64,000 nt of DNA from Raillietiella orientalis. Taxonomy: Eukaryota. The notes under the pieces were generated by a model that saw only the letters and a program-made list of their open reading frames with translations, searched no databases and was not told the origin of the DNA. Every line of letters begins with the position of its first letter. The stretch's first letter is position 1. Positions 51,501 through 64,000 of the stretch are shown here, piece by piece. A program made the translations under genes and the position numbers. The stretch covers positions 3,348,001 through 3,412,000 of the forward strand of contig JAYWIR010000019.1 of the NCBI GenBank assembly GCA_036172245.1, written 5' to 3'.

Positions 51501-53564
51501 GGAGTAGAGATTATCATCAGTTGATATTGAAAATTATTTCTGTGAAAGCAATAGCAAATCATGATGGCTTATTTGCCTCACTTTCGGTTTTCACTTGGAT
51601 GCTGGAAACTGTATCCAGAATAATTTCGTCAGTTATGTGTTATTAGATCCCACAGTTCGCCATTAAAAATCTGCTTCTCTGAGGCTTTGCTTGATGTAGT
51701 TTTTTTTTTAGTGAGATTTCCTTAGTGAGCAATTTCAGGGACTCCTAGCTTCTACGTGTCCACATGAACTACATGACTCTTTAAAAAACTTTCAGATGTG
51801 CTCTTCCATAAAGTATAATTATCCGATGACGAAACGATACCCTGCTCAGGAAATGCTCATGTCCATAGATTGTTTTACTGCTCTCCATCAACTTGGTTGC
51901 AGTAGCAAATGTTCCAATAAGAGCAATTAACTCTCGTTGCACTGAAATATGAAAATATGTGATATTGCTACTGAAACGTATCGATATTTAACCGAATGCC
52001 TCGCCTCTTCCTATTCTTTCAGTTGAAAGTTCGTTTTTTTCCTGCCTTGTTTCCCTTATATGAAAGCGATCCTTTCCCTACCTGAAAAATTGAACAGCCA
52101 ACGACGACACTGTTTAATGCTTTAGCTTGGAATGAATGACATGCTGTTTTCAATTTAAGTGAACGTCTACGTGCTTTTAAACTAACTGTTTACATGTTGT
52201 CCCCATCTCTTGGCGAATCTATCTCAACTTTTACATTAGCATTTCAAGTGGATTTGGGTACAAGAACTGAAGAGAAATTTCTTATAATTGAGTGAGCATT
52301 TGAGCAGACTGGCTGAGCACACGCGCCTGAATTTGATCACTCTACCGGATGCTCGTTATCTGCTAGCGATATATCTCGATGTATTTTAATTTAGAAAGTG
52401 GTGACTTGTTTCCGTACCATTCTCAAGTTATTTCAGTTTAAACAAACTTGCAAAGTTACTTTTCTAGCTGTAAGTCATCTGGAACTTTCCCCCACCTTTC
52501 CTGTCTTATTTGAAGTGAATGTTTCCCAATTCGCTGCAAAGTCGTGAGGTTACATAATTTACAATCTCTGTACATTTTGACTTGATCAGTGATTCAAATT
52601 TTGCACCTTCGGAGTCCAAGGAACTGCTGGTTGTGTTCCCATCCACGCGACAGTAAACGTTCGAGTTACGTAATTTATCTTTCCCTAGTAAACACAGCTT
52701 TGTAATGGTCACTACAAGATGGAAGTTGCAATTAAATGATGAATAATATCAAGTTGCTGAATATCGACTTGGTACTTTCGAAACATTGCAGGGATTGTAC
52801 AAATGCAAAGGGTACATTCATGGGTGTGTAAAAATTTCTCGGTTAAAACAAGTTGAGACATGGAAAAATCGATGAAATTTGAACAATAAAGTTGCATTGT
52901 GCTGTAACAAAAAAAACAAAAAAAAAACAATACCTATAGACTGTAACATCTGAAAGTAGTGCTGACAATTTCCCGAATTCCTGTTCTAAACAGATCAGCA
53001 TTCATGTTTCAGTGTGTACCTTGGACAAGATTTGTCATGTAAAGTTTACGTTAACTCGAAATTTTTAGTTCTACTTGTGTACATTGCTTATAAATTCGAT
53101 TGATGTTAACTTTTGGGTTCTGATTTACTGTTCGTTGACAAAAATTAAAATCTGATTTTTAAAGTAGATTTCTCCTGAACGGATTTATTAACTTCTAATA
53201 GATATGCCTACTATGGGAGAAAGGGGAAAAAAAAATTTCAACTGTAAATTTCAACATAATGTTATGGTGATCAATAATGTTGTTCAGAAGTTTTATTTCA
53301 ATGCTTGATATAATGCAAAAATTAGACTGATTTGAAATATGTGTTGTAAATTTTCAGGTGAGTTTAGATTCAAAAGTAAAAGACTTGGTTAATAAAAACA
53401 TGGTCCAGCCAACACCCCATATGTTTGATGAAGCTCAGTTGCAGATATACACTTTAATGCAGCGTGATTCTTATCCCCGTTTTGTGAATTCTCCTCTTTA
53501 TAAAAGTATTGCCCAACTTCCAGTGTCTGAAAATCCTAAGAGGACTTGTGATGGTCATTGCTAA
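16205..53564 (+). CDS. RZ-subfamily regulator of G-protein signaling (RGS17/19/20-like); exons 16205-16542, 40359-40439, 45529-45590, 45665-45831, 53358-53564 (855 nt, 284 aa if started at 16205; 5' end uncertain)
   Basis: Cysteine string CRFCWCCCCTCSC followed by a linker and RGS domain [50 protein letters not shown]...IYEDFISILSPTEVSLDSKV...FDEAQLQIYTLMQRDSYPRFVNS. Splice phases are consistent across all five exons. Confidence 0.88.
19180..19860 (+). mobile_element. Copy A of an unclassified GC-rich, hairpin-rich interspersed element (SINE-like or terminal inverted repeat)
   Basis: Colinear exact words shared with the reverse complement of 23600-24220, e.g. gatgacgctggt, tccagagtgtgaa, ggagagaataaggaag, agaggaacggac, cgcaccctcg. 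Ends are approximate. Confidence 0.6.
22998..23123. repeat. 30-bp minisatellite, ~4.2 copies of tggcgcggacaac(g/a)gggtctcacgtcacgg
   Basis: Directly visible near-identical tandem units starting at 22998, 23028, 23058 and 23088, with no spacers. Confidence 0.95.
23530..24220 (-). mobile_element. Copy B (inverted) of the same element, with tRNA-like/B-box 5' part and A17 run at the 3' end
   Basis: Reverse complement aligns with copy A. Minus-strand GGTTCGAATCCC at 24144-24155; T17 on the plus strand at 23530-23546. Confidence 0.6.
32121..32142. repeat. (AC)n microsatellite
   Basis: Visible AC run. Confidence 0.9.
36869..36962. repeat. Two (TA)n microsatellite blocks (36869-36896, 36919-36962)
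   Basis: Visible TA runs separated by a short spacer. Confidence 0.92.
40359..40439 (+). CDS. RGS 81-nt linker exon, (C)HRNNDDQRLMLSRHHFENLIVNNNDQ(Q)
   Basis: Acceptor cttattttgatttttag, donor gtgagt. Phase 2 at both ends, which bridges 16542 and 45529; direct joining would create TGA. Linker length fits RZ-family RGS proteins. Confidence 0.75.
45443..45528 (+). promoter_or_regulatory. Very long polypyrimidine/poly-T tract at the acceptor of the first RGS-domain exon
   Basis: ~80 nt of almost pure T/C ending in gattccag| at 45528. Confidence 0.7.
45529..45831 (+). CDS. RGS domain exons 45529-45590 and 45665-45831, separated by a 74-nt GC-AG intron
   Basis: [51 protein letters not shown]...SPTE. 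Confidence 0.92.
53358..53564 (+). CDS. RGS terminal exon
   Basis: ttttcag|VSLDSKVKDLVNKNMVQPTPHMFDEAQLQIYTLMQRDSYPRFVNSPLYK...*. Confidence 0.93.
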   Translation: MSLDSKVKDLVNKNMVQPTPHMFDEAQLQIYTLMQRDSYPRFVNSPLYKSIAQLPVSENPKRTCDGHC

Positions 53565-53811
53565 TGAATTGATTCTGCTCTCCACACATACATTACTTAC
53601 ATAAAGAGTTGTGTTATATAAACTAATCATCATTAATGAATATATATTCTACCTATTGTGTAATGACAAATCTAATTATATATGCAGCACTTATTCCTAT
53701 GACTGCAACCTAAAATATCATTTGATATTTTTGAAAGTTTTCCTATTAGAGACAGCAAGTCCATATTTCTATTTATAAACATGAACACTTCTATCAGGCA
53801 TTTTCTTGAAA

Positions 53812-53817
53812 AATAAA
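53812..53817 (+). terminator. Possible polyadenylation signal of the RGS gene
   Basis: AATAAA ~250 nt after the stop. The context is AT-rich, so it may be chance. Confidence 0.35.
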
Positions 53818-54040
53818 TTCTATAAATAATATATTTCTTTGTCAGAAATATTGATTATATTATAAATCTTTGAGAAACCTACTGAAGGACAAACTTCCCA
53901 AATAAATAATCAAATTTGTAATTACATTAATTCATTCTATGTGTGTATACATATATTTTGGACTTTAAAAAAAAAAAAAAAAACCGGAAAATTGATGGAC
54001 TAGATATATAATAAATTCTAATAAAATGACAAAAAAGGAA

Positions 54041-58363
<4,323 letters not shown>

Positions 58364-61300
58364 ACTTCTGCTCCAGTTTAATTTCCAGTTTAGCTATATT
58401 AACTTCTACCTTACTATGTAAATCCAAATAAGTGTTAACTTTTCTGTTAAATATTCATATGATGTTCCCACAGAATACAAAATCTAAAAATATAAATACT
58501 GAGTTATTATAAAACATCTAGCTACATCTAGTTACAAAAATGTGATTATTTTCCTTTTGAAAAATTCTTCGACACATTTGAAACTCCAGACATAAATAAT
58601 TATGACAAAATATTCGTGTTTAAAATGTTTAAAAAGAAAGCCATAATTGTACTGTATTCATTTAAAAATAAAATTATTTGGAAGTAGGAATACACTAAAT
58701 ATTCAAATAAATATAAACTATAATATTAAATAAGTAAATGGAACTTAATCAATCATAATTTGCAAAAGCTACTCCTTTTCAAAATAAGTCTCAATGCCTG
58801 ATATCAGTTTTCAGGAGATAATCTGAGATGCGAACTTTTTACAGACCCATCATTATAAAGCTCCTAATAAAGCTCTTTTTCAATTCACAGAGGTTTTTGT
58901 CACCAGACAAAGTCTGTATAAATGTCTGAGACAACAAAACTATTAAAAAAATGTGAAATCATCATACAAGTATAGTTGAAACCAGCTGCCCTTTATGTAT
59001 CATAACAGAAATCCCACAATACACTCATAAAAGCATTCATTTACTTTCTGAAATAATATGGATGGCATAGCATAAATAAAACAGATTGATATGGACCATA
59101 GTCCCATCCTGAGCAATCTTTTGCACTGCAGAATTTTGAAAACTCAATAAACAAATAAAACACCATATGATGAAAACATAAGCAATCAATCAGTGAAGAG
59201 GTGTGTGCATCTGTAAGAATTTTTAGCTGTTAAAGACAGAGCTTTAACAATTAATCTGCTGTTGACAAAACTAGCATTACTGAAAAAAGTGCTGAAGATT
59301 GAGGAATGCCAGGATTTTAGGAAGAACTGATCATGATTGCAAGGAGCTGCAATATATGGTAATCAGAAAAGAGACACCAAAATTCACAAATGCAAAAGCA
59401 CAAGTATTATCCCAGTAGCAAGTATGGAAAATTTATCAGTAATTATGAAACACAAGATTACAAAAACAAATTATAAATGAAAGAAGAACAATGAAGCTGA
59501 AATTCCTTTGTGTGAAATATCTATCATTTATTGACAGAAAGTTCAAATACAGAAAAAAATAATAAAAAAAAATGATCATTTAAAACAGTTTCAGAATGAT
59601 TTTCGATAAAAAAAATTAGAAACATGCCCACCACACTATCAGAGAAAATAATATTACTTTCAAAAAAAGAAGTCACTTGTACAGTAAAACCTTGAAGGCA
59701 CTGGAATTAAATAAATCTCTTCAAATGCCTAATTACAATAACAAAGACTTCCCATTACAATCAGAAAAAGCAACCAATAATTCAAAGTTTTCAATTAAAA
59801 GCCTACATGAACACGCAGCCTAAATAGATCGCTCTTTTTTTTTTTCTTCTACATTACTCTGCTTCATTTCTTTGATGCAAACTATTTGCTATCACCCTTT
59901 GCTTTCACTCATTATGATATACAAAATTTACAAAACCAAATATCGGTTTTGTCCTTCTATTCATTTTCCTACTTCATTGCTACACTTTAATGCTTGATCT
60001 CAAATTATTTTCATCATTGTTTCATAATTACAAACAATACCTGCTCTATGATTTAAACCAACACAAACCAACCAAAAATCTGATTCAATTTTCTGTGGAT
60101 CTTATACCTGTCAGCTTGTCATGCACACATACTTGCCCTTACATAAATGCAGATTAAAATACATATAACTGCTCAAAGTTCCCAAAACGTTCGTAACGAA
60201 TGGAACGAATACGGCTGTAATGGATAAGTAATGCAAAAGCAGAAGGTCACTGAATGAACATGCTGCAATTTCAGCAAAATTCTAGCACATGCATTGTCCA
60301 ATACCTCAAGACACTTTAATTATACACAAAATGCAGACCTCTTTCTAGACAAACATAACTGAAACTATCTATTTTCATAATAATGGAAAACTTCTTGATG
60401 CTCATCCCCACAGCAGTGGATATACACAATTCATGATTACATACCATACAACCTCAGGGTAAAATTAAGCAATTCATGAAGAAAAACTACCACCTCCATA
60501 GACCATCATCTTTAAAACAATTCAACTTGCATGTTGTTTATAACAGAAATTGCACACTAACGTTAAAAAATCAAAGAAATCAGTGGAAAAATTAAAGTCT
60601 AATGCTGAACCTCAAGTATATACCATGAATGCAATCTATTGCATGGAATCAGTAGACTTCCAAATCATGCTGGAAATCGACATACATATAGAAAACTGAA
60701 CCATATTTGCTGTAAACCTTAGCACATATGCAAATATAAAATGATGAGCGCAAAATTCAAAAGAGCACATCCCATGCTTTTCAATCTCGAACCATATGTT
60801 TACAAATTTTTTTAATAAGAAACGTAATAAACTTATGGTTTATCGTGCTTCGATCTAATGCAACCATACGTACAAATAAATTCTTAATTAAAGTCGAATT
60901 TAAACTTTGTAACTGGCTTCAAAACAAGTCTTGTATCACCTTGAACACTACATTAAAATGAATACTTACTGTACCAATGCAATACTAGAAATTGTATTAA
61001 GGAACATAAAATGTTTATAAAAAAATAAAAATAAAGCACACAAACAATGAAGAGAATCCACCTTAATCCAGTAACCTGTTTCACGGCCCAAAAGGAACCT
61101 ACCCAACGTTTCCCCTTGTCCGGAATGAAAACACTGGCATAAAAAAAACGGCACGTCATCAACCCGCATTACCATAAATGTGGACTTCAGAACTTATCAA
61201 ATATTTGCAACTAGCATATACTAGCAAAATTATACAAAACTAAAGCTTAAAACTGTTGTAATTCTAGAATAATAAAAATATGTAAGTAGTACAGCAAGTA

Positions 61301-64000
61301 TTTTCTATTCACATGGAAACACTGACATTCGTAATTTCCAATTTTTAAAAAAATTATGAATAGAAATAGATTTGACACATCAAATAGAATTAAAATTTTA
61401 ATAAAATCAATGCAAACATGACAAACGGAGAATATTTTGTATCTCTCTCTAAAAATCATTAACTTGACTTGGTAATTTGATTGAGACACTTGATTTGCTC
61501 CTTAACACCATAGCTGATATTAGCAAATCGTAATAAGCATTCGAGCAACTTCGAAAACCATTCTACAGTCAAAGAGAATGCATCAGTTAATATGAATGAT
61601 AGTCTGTTATTATGTATTAATGAAGCTGTAAGATTAGTTTTTGAAGATAAAGATCCTGATTTCTTCAAAATCTTCTTGGAGATCTTCAAAAAAAGACTGA
61701 CTTAGAAATCTAAAAATAATAGGAGGGTTCAAAAGGTAATCTTAACTGCTTATCATATTCAATCAAAATGAAATTAGTGCAACCAATATTACGTTTATAA
61801 TAGTTTAATAAAGAATCCTAGCTACTACGAACACCACCTAGTTTTCTTTTTTTTTTTTTCATTTTTCGTCAACACATATTACTACTATTCCAGAAGTGTA
61901 CTCCCAAAATGATCAATGCGTGATCTTAGAAAACTGAAAGTAGACGAGAATGTGGAAATGCACCGCTTAATTGATATCTCCGTCAGTCCTCAATCAGTAA
62001 CTCTCGAAACAATCATGTTCAATCAATCAAAGTCTTAAGCATCTTTTCATTTCATTTACGTTAAGAAGCCTCGACTCACATGTCACCATGTGTCGAAACA
62101 TAATTTAATCATCTGTGTCAATAGTTCCCAACTCCTGTGTAAATAGAATACTGACATTTGCAATTCTTTATAAAGATTTAGGCATAATTGTCAATCTTTT
62201 TCCTTCATATATAAAAAATGGGCTTTTGAGTAATATTTTGCGTTGTTAATCCAAAAGTGACCTGAATCAAATGCTCGCCGTTCTTTTTTTTTTTAGTCAT
62301 TGACCTCATTAATAGGACGTCATGTTTTGCTTCAAATGATCTTTTCTTTTAATCTAGTATTCGGTTTCCACTAGCAATCAACGAATGAGGTAAAACAGAT
62401 GTTAGGTTGTTACCATTCTCTGAGATATATTTCTTCATTTTCTATCAAAATAACCACAAGGAAAAATACAGTCTGATCCAGACACCACCAACCTACTTCT
62501 GTCTCTTTCGACCAAGCTTTTTTAGTTTTATCAAGGGACTCTTATTTCAGAAAAACCATTCTTTGAATAAAATTCTCGATTTATTTCAGTTCTCATCTTT
62601 GATTTACTCAGTTTGTTGATATGGATAAACATTTTTACTTGAAAGAAGGAACATACATGTACCTTCCCGAAAACAGACCGTTCTTTATTATATGTGTTGC
62701 ATTCTGATAATGATCTTTCAATAGCTTGCTTAAGAACTCGGGGAAGCAAATTAAGAACGAATATTAAACAATGCCCTAGTTTTCAAGGATTCCTTTGTAA
62801 CAGTAATATCAGTTATCTCTGCATTCCACCAACTTGTAAAGTGGACAGAGTTTCTTTCGTAAAAAAGCAGAATGGTTATGTAAAAGTTTTTCCATGTGTT
62901 AGAAAAATGCACGATCGTAAGACGCATCCTTATCATCAACTATATGTAAACAAACATTGTGGGAAAAGCAAATACTGATGCAAAGACTCCAAAGATTAAT
63001 TCTGGTCACAGCATGCAAAGAGGCTGAGACTAGAATTCATCTCCATAGATGCTCGACACTAGAAGACGAAAAACACATAAGATACATAAGTTCCTCGGGG
63101 AAATCGTGGTGGTATGCTGAAAGCAATATTTAAAAGCTAGGGCGGTGTCTCTAAGTACAACCCAGTGGTTTGGGTGTACCTAGATTCCTTCATCACAGTA
63201 GTGCTAAGAAACTTGGAAAAAGTTTGCTTAAATGTTTCTTAAAGTCATTTTCTTATGAGTGATATAAGGTAGGATCTTCTCAGGTAGGGTCATACTGAAA
63301 GGAAAATGGGTAGCAGTGAAGGGCATCAAAGAGCAAGGTCCCCTCAATAGAAAAATGACCATCAGCAGATGTGGAAACATCCTGACAGCAATGCTGTAAT
63401 ATCTGCTCCACAGAAGTAGAGATTTTTGGAATGTGGAGGTTCCCAAATAAAATAACTGAAAACATAATGGACAGAACAGTTTGAATGTGAATCAAATATA
63501 TTGGAATGTAATCAAAGTAATTTATTGTAAATATTAGTAAATAATGAAAAACAAAACAACTCTGATGTCTGTGCATCAATGAAGAAGCAAACATTTTTGG
63601 AATTGTCGACATAGTCAACATTTGATGGTGTCAAATCCAAGAAGTATACTCTGATATTTTCACACTGTGTTTATTTATAAAAAAAGTTGATGAAAGAGCA
63701 GAAATGATGCTTTATGTTTTTTTTTTTTAAAAAAGGGTGACTAGGCAACAAGGAACATACAATTATTGTAATACAACTCATCTGTTTGCAGTTTGTTTGT
63801 GAACCGTAAAACTTTCAGAGTCTAAACAATAAAAATTGGAAAAATCAAATGGTAAGATGAATGAAAAGCATATGAAGATCACATCCTATCAGCACAGTAA
63901 TGATGGAGTTTCATTACTAGTATCTATTAATCTAATGGAGAAACTGCTACAAAACAAAACAAAAATCTAATATACTAATAATAAAAGCAAAAGAGATAAA

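Noticed and set aside
53351..53363. Recursive splice site (ttttcag|gtgagt)
   Set aside because: GTGAGT encodes the conserved Val-Ser of the RGS domain in the terminal exon, and no downstream exon is evident.

Overview
Intron-containing animal (invertebrate) genomic DNA, not prokaryotic. Four spliced genes can be rebuilt by hand with consistent splice phases. (1) Syntaxin-16-like Qa-SNARE (+, 451-9208, 5 exons). (2) NIPP1/PPP1R8 (+, 9324-10526, 5 exons), only 115 nt downstream. (3) An RZ-family (RGS17/19/20-like) RGS gene with a cysteine string (+, at least 16205-53564), containing a ~23.8 kb intron and a GC-AG intron. (4) Rab2 (-, 58363-54041, 6 exons), convergent with the RGS gene. The housekeeping genes lie in AT-rich, CpG-poor DNA. 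The RGS locus is CpG-rich, with a very GC-rich core at ~18-26 kb. That core holds the most unusual structure: two diverged ~650-700 nt copies of a hairpin/UUCG-rich element in inverted orientation (~19180-19860 and ~23600-24220), one with a tRNA-like/B-box end and an A-tail. They flank ~3.7 kb containing a SOCS-box-like fragment and a 30-bp minisatellite. Most of the supplied ORF track is non-coding noise. All alignments and composition statements were made by eye; no searches were run.
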